Source: Chloroflexota bacterium
GTDB taxonomy: Bacteria; Chloroflexota; Dehalococcoidia; Lucifugimonadales; SAR202-VII-2
Direction of reading: 5' to 3'
DNA length: 64,000 bases
Assembly: GCA_003228115.1 (NCBI GenBank)
Contig: QEVV01000004.1
Location: 165,577 to 229,576 of the forward strand
The notes under the pieces are model-generated. The model was not told the DNA's origin. It did not search any database and saw nothing but the letters and a program-made list of their open reading frames with translations. Made by a program: the position numbers and the translations under genes. Shown piece after piece: positions 18,346 through 26,015 of this stretch. The first letter of the stretch is position 1. Every line of letters starts with the position of its first letter.

Positions 18346-18371
18346 GGTGGTGGAGCTGGAGGGACTCGAAT
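18346..18371 (-). repeat. tRNA-Ala-like 3'-end fragment, copy 2 (direct repeat)
   Basis: ggtggtggagctggagg+gac+tcgaat. The same 17-mer as copy 1 begins exactly 3000 bp downstream of it. Confidence 0.6.
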
Positions 18372-18494
18372 CACTGGCCCCCCCTGCCCGCATACGCGGC
18401 ATGCGGATTGAAGCTTTTGAGATCCCATTTGGGAGTCCTCCCTGTCACGGCACGCCGTGGCATTGCCACGTCTAGCTAGAAAATTCTTCGACGA

Positions 18495-19373
18495 CTACCG
18501 CTTCAAGCCGGAGTCGGCTGTCTTGTGTCGGTTGGGATCGGACTTCGTCGTCGCTAAACGCGGATCCACAAATTGGTGTGTCTCGTAGGATCTGTTGAAC
18601 CGTTCAAGGCACATGAGGAACCAGCCAATCCCACCCTCCATCCAGCCGAATCGCACGTTGGGATACTTGTCCAAAACACCGTTGAAGACAATGCTGGCAA
18701 AAGAAGTCATCAGGGTAACTGGGTGCCCCAACGCATGCGCTGAGGCCAGATACTCGAAGGTGTCGAAGCCCAGGCCAGAGTGGCCCCCGGCATGAGCGGC
18801 CATCATGCAGCCCAAACGGTTGGCCTCTTCATAAACGGGCCAATATTCCTTCGCTCCGTGATGCCTCCCAAGGTTCGGGGACGGGAGGATAGCGCCACAA
18901 AAGCCAAGGTCCGTCACAGCATGGTTCAGTTCTTCAACCGCCGCTTGAGGCTCGATCATCGGGATTATGCCCAGCCCCTTGAAGCGAGGGCTGCGTTGAA
19001 CGTAGGTCTGGTGCAGCCAGTCGTTGTAGCCTCGGGTCACCGCAATGGCCCATTCTCGGTTCGTTATCATACCGCTCGTCAGGGCCCTCGTGGCAAAGAG
19101 AACGGCGGTATCGATGCCGACATCGTCCAGAAAGTCGACCCACCCATCGGCGTCAGCTTGTACAAAGGAACCCTTGGGGTGGCGCACCGGTTGCGCAGCG
19201 TGCAGGTGGTCGGCCGCTGGAAACAGGCCCAAGCTGTTGTTCCAGCCCCTAGCCTGCCTGGCGACCAAGTCCTTGGGGATCAGGTCCTCCGGCATGAACT
19301 CGCCGATGGCATCCATGTCCTCGACCAAATGCCCGTCCCCATCGATAACAAGTTCCAGGTTCGTGTCCGCCAT
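18495..19373 (-). CDS. amidohydrolase family protein (PF04909-like)
   Basis: MADTNLELVIDGDGHLVE N-terminus. Start set to ATG 19373, preceded by AGGAGG. Paralogous to 2426-3595, 40173-41216 and 41459-42505. Confidence 0.85.
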   Translation of the reverse strand: MADTNLELVIDGDGHLVEDMDAIGEFMPEDLIPKDLVARQARGWNNSLGLFPAADHLHAAQPVRHPKGSFVQADADGWVDFLDDVGIDTAVLFATRALTSGMITNREWAIAVTRGYNDWLHQTYVQRSPRFKGLGIIPMIEPQAAVEELNHAVTDLGFCGAILPSPNLGRHHGAKEYWPVYEEANRLGCMMAAHAGGHSGLGFDTFEYLASAHALGHPVTLMTSFASIVFNGVLDKYPNVRFGWMEGGIGWFLMCLERFNRSYETHQFVDPRLATTKSDPNRHKTADSGLKR

Positions 19374-19490
19374 GTTATGCCTCCTAGGCTGATCACCTCG
19401 ACTACCAACGCAATCCCACCGAAGCATGCCAAGCGCCACTCGTCACTGCTCAAAAACCAAGACGCCCACTCGCGCCCTTCAACCCTCTTT

Positions 19491-19515
19491 GTCGTCCTTG
19501 AGCGAAGCGAAGGAC
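19491..19515. repeat. Family-E short hairpin repeat
   Basis: Sequence gtcgtccttgagcgaagcgaaggac (stem GTCCTT/AAGGAC). Related copies at 19543-19578, 26009-26032, 50352-50376, 50426-50450 and 55811-55869. Confidence 0.6.
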
Positions 19516-19617
19516 CTAGCCAGCCTAACCAACCACCAACTTGTCATTTCGACCGAAGCAAAGCGGAGCGGAGAAATCTTCTCTGCCCCGCAAACCGAAA
19601 CGCTTCTCACTATTCGC

Positions 19618-20586
19618 TCAGTCCGGCATCGCTAGCGCACGCCGCGGATTCTCAACCATGATCGTTTTGATCGTGTCATCACCCACCCCCGCCTTCCGCA
19701 GCATCGGCATGAAGTCGGTTATGAGCTGGTCGGCGGTAAACTCCTGCGCACCGCCCCCCGACAGGAAGTGCATGATGCGGTCGGTGGCGAAGATCATCTG
19801 CCGCTCGTACCCATGCTCTAACAGATTCAGAATCCACGGGATCCGCATCTCGTTGGCAAAGGCATAGGGCGCACCCACTTCATCGCTAATGTGGTCAAAG
19901 GCCACGAATGCCCCCGCTTTGGCGACTTCCAAATGATAGTCAGGTAGGCGGGTGGCGTCGCAGTGGCCGATGATTACCCGGCTTGGCTCAACCCCCTCTT
20001 CCTCTATGAGCACTTTCAACTGCTCCCGGCCTGAAATAACGCCCACAGGGCTCGGAAGATGACTGGAAATGTGGGTCGTTATGCACGCGCCGGTACGTTT
20101 GCTGGCTCGTGCCGCAGCTCTGAACAAACCTTCTTCCATAGGCGTCATGTGCTCGCCCTTGGTGCCGATCTTAATAATGCCTGCCAGCACGTCGGTCGTC
20201 CCCATGCCCTTGGTCAGTTCCCGAACGAATATCTCCTCAAGGTCGTCTACGCCCTTTAGCGGCGGGTGAAAATGAGGCGGCATGCCCCGCTCGCTCCAGA
20301 ACCCCGTGCAAGCAACGATCCGCATATCTGAAGCGGTGGCAGCCTCCACCATAAAATTCACGTCCCGCCCCGAGGCAATGGGAGACAGATCCACCAGTAG
20401 ATCGGCCCCTGCTTTCTTCAGCGCCCGCAACTCCTGAACCACGCCGTCCATCACCACTTGACGATCAAAGGCCATGGCAGGATCCAAATCCCACCCAGGC
20501 ATCCCAAAGAGCAGGTGCTCGTGCATGAACGAGATATCTATGGATTCGGGTGCGACGTTTCCCGTGACGGTTTGAATCTTTGACAT
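19618..20586 (-). CDS. phosphotriesterase family (PTE/PLL-like) metal hydrolase
   Basis: N-terminal G.V.PE.I.....HEHL motif and length typical of the phosphotriesterase-like lactonase/PHP family. Confidence 0.85.
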   Translation of the reverse strand: MSKIQTVTGNVAPESIDISFMHEHLLFGMPGWDLDPAMAFDRQVVMDGVVQELRALKKAGADLLVDLSPIASGRDVNFMVEAATASDMRIVACTGFWSERGMPPHFHPPLKGVDDLEEIFVRELTKGMGTTDVLAGIIKIGTKGEHMTPMEEGLFRAAARASKRTGACITTHISSHLPSPVGVISGREQLKVLIEEEGVEPSRVIIGHCDATRLPDYHLEVAKAGAFVAFDHISDEVGAPYAFANEMRIPWILNLLEHGYERQMIFATDRIMHFLSGGGAQEFTADQLITDFMPMLRKAGVGDDTIKTIMVENPRRALAMPD

Positions 20587-20618
20587 GATCTGCGCCTCTT
20601 AAAAGAAGACTTGGGGCA

Positions 20619-21584
20619 CTAGCTGGCTTGAACCGGCACGACCGCCAGTTCCTCAGAGAAATCGGCGATACCATCCGCTAGGTCAACAAACTGTGGGTCG
20701 TAGCCAAGCTCATTCCTTGAATGGGTCAGGTCAAGCGGCTGGTCCCGGTGCGTGACCTGCGTGGTCCCCGGCACGTCCATGACCCGAACGTCAACCGAAG
20801 GGAAAGCCTTCTTGAAGGCTTCAGCGACATCCTCCGGCGTGGCGAGGACGCCAGTACCCAAGTTGAACGTTTGGTTCGTCCCCTTCTGCTCAGCCGCCAA
20901 GGCCACCCCGCGAACAGCATCCTTTATATAGACGTACTCTGTGAGGTCCGTCAGCCGCCGCGGGTCTACGCTGACATCGCCGCCTTTCCTGGCAATATCA
21001 ACAAGCTCATGAATCGCAGAGGCCCCCAACCCACCACCGGCCCCGCCGGCATAATGGCCCGCCCCGTAGACATTGGCGAACCGGGTCACTGCGGTGGAAA
21101 TGCCATACCTATTCCCATACGCCCTCACAATGCGCTCCGCAGCAATCTTGCTTCCGGAGTAAAGAACATTGCCGGCCAGCACGTATTCTTCGGTTACCGG
21201 CTCAGTGGGCGGCAGGTTCCAGTGATAGACACCAAACGTGCTGGTATAGACCAGGCGCTCGACTCCCGTGAGCCGTGCTGCCTCCACCACGTTGATGGTG
21301 CCTCCGATGTTAATGTTCATACCTCTGTAGGGCTGGTCATCAAGCTTCTGCCCCATCAGTGCCACCGTGTGCACCACGACCTCTATCTGATTGCCCTTCA
21401 TAGTCTCCACGAGATCTGGCATTTCCCGAACATCGCCCGCAACTACCTGAACGTCCCCAGCCACCCATTTGATGTAATCCCTATACGGGGCCAACTCATA
21501 CAAAACAACGTTGTGGCCGCGCTCAATCAAATCGCGGGCCAGGTAACAACCGACCAAGCCAGCGCCGGTAATCAGGATATTCAC
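20619..21584 (-). CDS. NAD-dependent epimerase/dehydratase (extended SDR)
   Basis: MNILITGAGLVGCYLARDL Rossmann motif and a YSGSK catalytic Y..xK motif. Confidence 0.85.
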   Translation of the reverse strand: MNILITGAGLVGCYLARDLIERGHNVVLYELAPYRDYIKWVAGDVQVVAGDVREMPDLVETMKGNQIEVVVHTVALMGQKLDDQPYRGMNINIGGTINVVEAARLTGVERLVYTSTFGVYHWNLPPTEPVTEEYVLAGNVLYSGSKIAAERIVRAYGNRYGISTAVTRFANVYGAGHYAGGAGGGLGASAIHELVDIARKGGDVSVDPRRLTDLTEYVYIKDAVRGVALAAEQKGTNQTFNLGTGVLATPEDVAEAFKKAFPSVDVRVMDVPGTTQVTHRDQPLDLTHSRNELGYDPQFVDLADGIADFSEELAVVPVQAS

Positions 21585-21767
21585 GGAGTCCTCCGCACGT
21601 TTTCGGAAGGTTATGGCTATCGCATGGCGAATCTAATGCTTAGGAGGCGGCTGGTCAATAAGCAACCCGTCGAGCCTCTGCCAGGCGCTTCCCTTGACGA
21701 CGTCCCATCCCCGCTGTGGCCTAGATTGCCGTCGCACAAGTAGGGGGGACTCGTTGAGGCCGCCTCA

Positions 21768-21950
21768 GAAGTCGAGACGGCAGTCGAAGGGCACCGAAAG
21801 TCGTTAACGACAGTCGTAGGGGCATTTAATTGAGGCTGTCTCAAAAGTCGACCGGTCAATCTAAGGGCGCCGAAAGTCGTTAATGACAGTCGTAGGGGCG
21901 TTCAATTGAACGCCCCTACGACGCTGGTTTAGCAACGAGAATCGCTGTCC
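21768..21950. repeat. two tandem units of about 76 bp ending in a family-C 30-bp perfect palindrome plus tail
   Basis: Units 21768-21844 and 21845-21920 share ccgaaagtcgttaaYgacagtcgtaggggc. The palindrome cgtaggggcgttcaattgaacgcccctacg lies at 21891-21920. The tail ggtttagcaacgagaatcgctgtcc recurs inverted at 26191-26216. Confidence 0.8.
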
Positions 21951-22028
21951 ACTATCGCGACCCGATAAATCTGGGACGGCCTCCATTAAGTCGCCCCTCT
22001 TGGTCAGGAACCACCACATGCCTCTTTG

Positions 22029-22679
22029 CTATACGGGCCCGTACTTCCCCGACGCCCTCAGTGACATGTAGTTAGGCAGCGCCCTGTCCTTGAACCGGTC
22101 CCGCGAGAATACGGTCATCCACTCATCGAGAGGCCGTAGCGTACTTTCTGTCCCTGGCACGAAACCCTGCCAGTTCCTTGCGTGCTCTTCCGACCGGAAG
22201 AGGTTCATGCTCGCTCACTTCATTGCCCAGTCCATCTGAGTCGACAACTCCACCGGAGAATAGCCCACTACGGTACCGGGGTCCGACGACACTAGCACAC
22301 CATTCCGTACCTCCACGGCAACAGGGTCGCCGCAGTCCAGACAGAGCGCGTCTATGCGAATCGTCTTTCCTGGGAAAAGCCAGCACACGGCCAGCGATTC
22401 CAACCCTCACTGACCGTACCAGCGTTTCTGCCTGCCGATAGTGATGCGATAGTGGGTCGGCAGACTGCTGAAGGGCGCAATGGACACAATGGTGTCCGTG
22501 CCGGGGTGAAGCCACATGGGAATCCCCGAGGCCGCTAGATCATGGACAGCCTGTCTTCCCTCCTCCACCGGCAAAGCCAACTCCCTGGCCACCTCAGTGA
22601 AGTGGGGAGCCCTGCCCGTCTCAACAAATGAGCGGGTAATGAAATGGTATGTCCTGTCCAACAGTTCAATATCAGCCAT
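22029..22679 (-). CDS. MerB-like (alkylmercury lyase family) protein with two in-frame UGA codons; candidate selenoprotein (216 aa, U91 and U155)
   Basis: Three same-frame segments are joined by TGA at 22409-22407 and 22217-22215. ATG at 22679 is preceded by AAGGAAGG; TAG at 22031-22029. N-terminal HTH-like part, then YGQ-U-GLESL and AMK-U-ASMNLF align to MerB YAWC96ALD99TL and SFC159CHVHFF. Confidence 0.7.
22185..22202 (-). promoter_or_regulatory. SECIS-like hairpin 2
   Basis: The RNA CUCUUCC-GGUC-GGAAGAG is a perfect 7-bp stem. The GGUC loop starts 19 nt after UGA-2. Confidence 0.55.
22373..22401 (-). promoter_or_regulatory. SECIS-like hairpin 1
   Basis: The RNA GGAAUCGCUGGC-CGUGU-GCUGGCUUUUCC begins 6 nt after UGA-1. 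It has 10 pairs including two G.U, one 2x2 internal loop, and a GU in the apical loop. Confidence 0.5.
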
Positions 22680-22948
22680 GTACCTTCCTTCAAAATTCAC
22701 CCAGACACAAAGAAATAGAAACCTTCTGGGACCTTATCATGCTACCCATTGAGTAGGCCCGTGGCCTTGGTCGTCCGCTTCCTCGGAATCGTACGGTAAC
22801 CCTTCCTAGCGACCTATCTCTCTATGATCCCCTCGGCATTGCTCCAATAAATATCCGGAATGGCGCGAGCTTGCCCCAACTCTTGCCATACCCCTGCAAA
22901 CACCTCTATACCTTGCATCCTTCACACGGAGCCCGCATTTGCCGAAAT

Positions 22949-23035
22949 GGGGTGCAGGGGCGAAGCCCCGCCGGGGTCCGGGGTGTCCCCGGAAAGAACG
23001 TTCGAGGGCGGGCTGGTTGGGACAGCGGCGTCGGC
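22949..23035 (+). repeat. Family-A element, copy 3
   Basis: Sequence ggggtgcaggggcgaagccccgccggggtccggggtgtccccgga..aacgttcgagggcgggctggttgggacagcggcgtc. Confidence 0.85.
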
Positions 23036-23117
23036 TAAACCAACACCTTCGTCTTCATTCGCCCAGGTGCGCCGAAGGCCTGCTATCCCCGTCGCGTAAG
23101 TGCCTCGCGACCCCCTC

Positions 23118-23209
23118 GTGGCGCAGGGCGCAGCCCCGCCGGGGGTCTGGGGGTGCCCCCCAGATCTAGAAACGTTCGAGGGCGGGCTGGGCGGGACCGC
23201 GGCGTCAGC
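23118..23209 (+). repeat. Family-A element, copy 4
   Basis: Sequence gtggcgcagggcgcagccccgccgggggtctgggggtgccccccaga..aacgttcgagggcgggctgggcgggac. Confidence 0.85.
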
Positions 23210-23412
23210 TATTCATGGCCGTCAGATAACCCAGCGTCCCATTCTATGACCTGTCGTCAGCACGGCCAGTGGAAGAGTAACTCTTCGCCCAAGTTGTGAC
23301 TTGGAAGGCAGCTCCGCAAACACCTCTCAAGCCAGGTAGGCCGACGCTACGGAACCAAACCAGCCTCGACGCCCATGCACTTCCGAGCTAACATCGTGGA
23401 GGCATTTCACCC

Positions 23413-24660
23413 ATGCCGGTCCTTCCAGAAGGCCCAGCATCGCCATACTTACGAAAAAGAGCACCAGTGGGTAGTTCAAAACGAACCTCCATCCTCCAGG
23501 TCTTTCTACCATCGACCCTCATGAGCTTCGGCCTGGGGATCATCGTCCCTGCCATCCCCCACATGGCCAAGCAGTTTGGCGTCTCGGAAGCGTTCGCCGC
23601 GCAGGTCATCACCGCCCAGGGCCTGGGAAGAGTCCTTGCCCTCATGCCCGCTGGTATTTTCGTCGACCGCATTGGCAGACGGGCCACAATGGCCGCCGGG
23701 AGCGGGCTCGTAGCCGTGGGTGGAATCCTCGCTGCATCGACCGACAGTTTCTTCGTCCTCCTGTTCACGCAATTTCTCTGGGGAGTGGGAAACAGCGTCT
23801 ACATGGTCGGACGCGAGCTGGCCGCCGTAGATCTCATAGAGCCCCATCAGCGCGGGCGCTTCCTCAGCATCCTCTTCGGGCTTCATTCGGCGGGCATGGC
23901 CTTCGGGCCGGTACTGGGCGGGGTCCTTACCGACCGCTCCGGACTGGATATCCTGTTCCTCGTGTACGGAGGGGCGGGGTTTGTTGCAATGTTGCTAGCC
24001 TTGTCTATGAAGGAAACTAAGGGAACGGTCACCGCAGTCAAGGCCTCATTTCTCGGCTTCGGCAAACTTAGCGGAATCGATTCTTATTACCGGCTGACCT
24101 ACATAATCCTGATGGTCGTGGCGGTCAGCGCCATCATGCGCATGGCGGTCGTCAACAGCATGCTGCCGCTCCACAGCGACGAGCTAGGTTATTCGGCCAC
24201 CGAAGTCGGCTCCATCTTTCTCGTCTTCTCAGCGATGAGCCTCTTGATCATGTTCCCCGGAGGGTGGATCTCTGACAAGATGGGCCGCAAGGCCGCGGTG
24301 GTGCCCGCCGCCTTCATATCAGCGGCCGTCTTCGCCGCCCTGCCGTTTACTTCCACGCTGAGCCAGATCATGGTCCTCGTCGCATTCATGGGTATAGCCA
24401 ACGGCATGTCCCTGGGTTCCCTCACATCCTATACGTACGACATCGCCCCAGAGGGAGGCAAGGGCCGGTATCAGGCCCAACGGCGTCTCTTCGGCGAGTT
24501 CGGCGGGTTCGCCAGCCCCATCATTGCCGGGGGTTTGTTGGCCTATATGAATCCGGGGCTGACCTTCGCCTTCTTCGCGCCCGTCCATCTCCTAGCTGGG
24601 GTGCTGGTCCTCTTCCTGGCCAAAGAATCGGTTGGCCCCCGTAGAAAGGCCCCCATGTAG
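23413..24660 (+). CDS. MFS transporter
   Basis: 415 aa, about 12 TM helices. The loop motif GIFVDRIGRR between TM2 and TM3 is typical of MFS. Confidence 0.85.
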   Translation: MPVLPEGPASPYLRKRAPVGSSKRTSILQVFLPSTLMSFGLGIIVPAIPHMAKQFGVSEAFAAQVITAQGLGRVLALMPAGIFVDRIGRRATMAAGSGLVAVGGILAASTDSFFVLLFTQFLWGVGNSVYMVGRELAAVDLIEPHQRGRFLSILFGLHSAGMAFGPVLGGVLTDRSGLDILFLVYGGAGFVAMLLALSMKETKGTVTAVKASFLGFGKLSGIDSYYRLTYIILMVVAVSAIMRMAVVNSMLPLHSDELGYSATEVGSIFLVFSAMSLLIMFPGGWISDKMGRKAAVVPAAFISAAVFAALPFTSTLSQIMVLVAFMGIANGMSLGSLTSYTYDIAPEGGKGRYQAQRRLFGEFGGFASPIIAGGLLAYMNPGLTFAFFAPVHLLAGVLVLFLAKESVGPRRKAPM

Positions 24661-24742
24661 CGACGCGCATTGCGCGGGCCCGCTGTAAGGCCCATCATTT
24701 AAAGGCATCCGTCGAAACCAATCGATTCATGAGAACACCTTC

Positions 24743-25900
24743 ATGCTGCAAAGACTCTTCTACATCGCATCCCTAGCAGGCCTCATACTCCTTGCCGGGG
24801 CCTGCAGTTCCTCTGATTCCCCACCAACGTCCATTTTCGATGGTCCAACGACCACGCCGCGGCCCATCTCATCAGGGACCCTTGCCGATTTAGAGGAAGT
24901 GCTTGCCGATATTTACGATAATGTGAATGCCTCTGTGGTCAACATCCAGTTCTCTGGTGGGACCTCATCGGGTGGATTCCAAGACTTCAACTCCCAGGGT
25001 CTGGCCTCCGGGTTCGTTTGGGACAAAAAGGGCCATATCGTAACCAACGAACACGTGGTGATTGTCGGCGACTCCCTTGTCGTCACATTCCATGATGGAT
25101 TCTCCGCCCCTGCCAAGATCATTGGCACGGATCGGGATAGTGACCTAGCCGTTATTAAGGTAGATGTTCCGGAGGAAAGACTTTTCCCCATCGAAGTCGC
25201 CGACTCCACCCGGCTCAATGTTGGCCGGTTGGTGGCAGCCATCGGCAACCCATTCGGCCTGGCAGGCACCATGACGGTCGGTTTCGTCAGTGCCTTGGGA
25301 CGGGTGCTTCCCGTGAGAACGGACAGCCCGCAGGGAGGCATTTACAGCATCCCTGATGTCATCCAGACCGACGCCTCCATCAACCCCGGCAACTCAGGCG
25401 GCGTCCTTGTGGACTCGGACGGCCTGCTCGTCGGCGTGCCCTCAGCAATCATCTCTCCCTTGCAGGTTTCGGCTGGTTTGGGCTTCGCCATACCCTCCGT
25501 TATCGTAGGTAAGGTCGTCCCCGCCCTCATTGACGACGGCGAGTACAGGCATTCTTGGCTGGGCATCCGCGTGCTCACAGTCAACCCGGGTATCGCCGAG
25601 GCCCTGGATCTGGATGGCGGCACAAGAGGAGCAATGATCCTGGAGCTTACTCCGGGCAGCCCTGCAGAAAGAGCTGGCCTTGTGGGAAGCCAAAGGCTTG
25701 CCACGATCAACGGCACCGAAATTCGCGTCGGTGGCGACGTTGTAATAGCAATCGACGGTCAGACCATTAACAGCACCGATGACCTCATCACGCATCTGGC
25801 CCGCTACACAAGCGTGAACCAGACCATCACGATCCTGATCCTCAGGGACCGCCAGGAGCAGACGATTGAGGTCACCCTAGGAGCCCGCCCCTCTTTCTAA
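24743..25900 (+). CDS. S1C (HtrA/DegP-like) serine protease with PDZ domain; lipoprotein-type signal
   Basis: LLAGACSS lipobox, GSGF.W...GHIVTNEHVV, DLAVIKV, GNSGGVL catalytic Ser motif, and a C-terminal PDZ-like segment. Confidence 0.9.
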   Translation: MLQRLFYIASLAGLILLAGACSSSDSPPTSIFDGPTTTPRPISSGTLADLEEVLADIYDNVNASVVNIQFSGGTSSGGFQDFNSQGLASGFVWDKKGHIVTNEHVVIVGDSLVVTFHDGFSAPAKIIGTDRDSDLAVIKVDVPEERLFPIEVADSTRLNVGRLVAAIGNPFGLAGTMTVGFVSALGRVLPVRTDSPQGGIYSIPDVIQTDASINPGNSGGVLVDSDGLLVGVPSAIISPLQVSAGLGFAIPSVIVGKVVPALIDDGEYRHSWLGIRVLTVNPGIAEALDLDGGTRGAMILELTPGSPAERAGLVGSQRLATINGTEIRVGGDVVIAIDGQTINSTDDLITHLARYTSVNQTITILILRDRQEQTIEVTLGARPSF

Positions 25901-25901
25901 A

Positions 25902-26015
25902 ACAACCCTGCGTCCTTTTCAGGAGACAATCCCACATCCCCGTCAGGCCAACCCCGCATCCCCGTCAGAACAACCCCGCATTCTTGCTAAGGCCAAGCCC
26001 GCATTCTTGTCGTTC
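25902..26015 (+). repeat. five tandem 22-24 bp units
   Basis: The consensus (a/c)caaccccgcatyccygtcagg is repeated head to tail directly after the htrA-like stop. Confidence 0.7.

Noticed and set aside
12207-18371. An intact prophage or ICE next to tRNA-Arg.
   Set aside because: Only an integrase is present. There are no capsid, terminase, replication, conjugation or excisionase genes. The rest is small hypothetical, decayed and metabolic genes, so it is called a degraded island.
20721-21743. 340-aa plus-strand ORF.
   Set aside because: It lies antisense to the SDR epimerase gene, which has a clear Rossmann motif. It is a shadow ORF.
22215-22409. In-frame TGAs in the merB-like gene explained by an alternative genetic code (TGA = Trp or Gly).
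   Set aside because: TGA terminates clearly delimited genes elsewhere in the window: proC at 121-123, the sigma factor at 57397-57399, the second MnhD-like gene at 10031-10033, and the integrase at 12143-12145. The standard code applies, so Sec recoding or a pseudogene remain the only options.
22029-22679. A classical mercury-resistance (mer) operon around the MerB-like gene.
   Set aside because: No merR, merT, merP or merA-like ORF lies within several kb. The neighbours are an SDR gene, repeats and an MFS transporter. The gene is therefore called MerB-like only, not a mer operon.
25902-26015. Possible CRISPR array (also considered for 21768-21920).
   Set aside because: The units are directly adjacent with no unique spacers, there are only 2-5 copies, and no cas genes are present. 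These are tandem repeats, not CRISPR.
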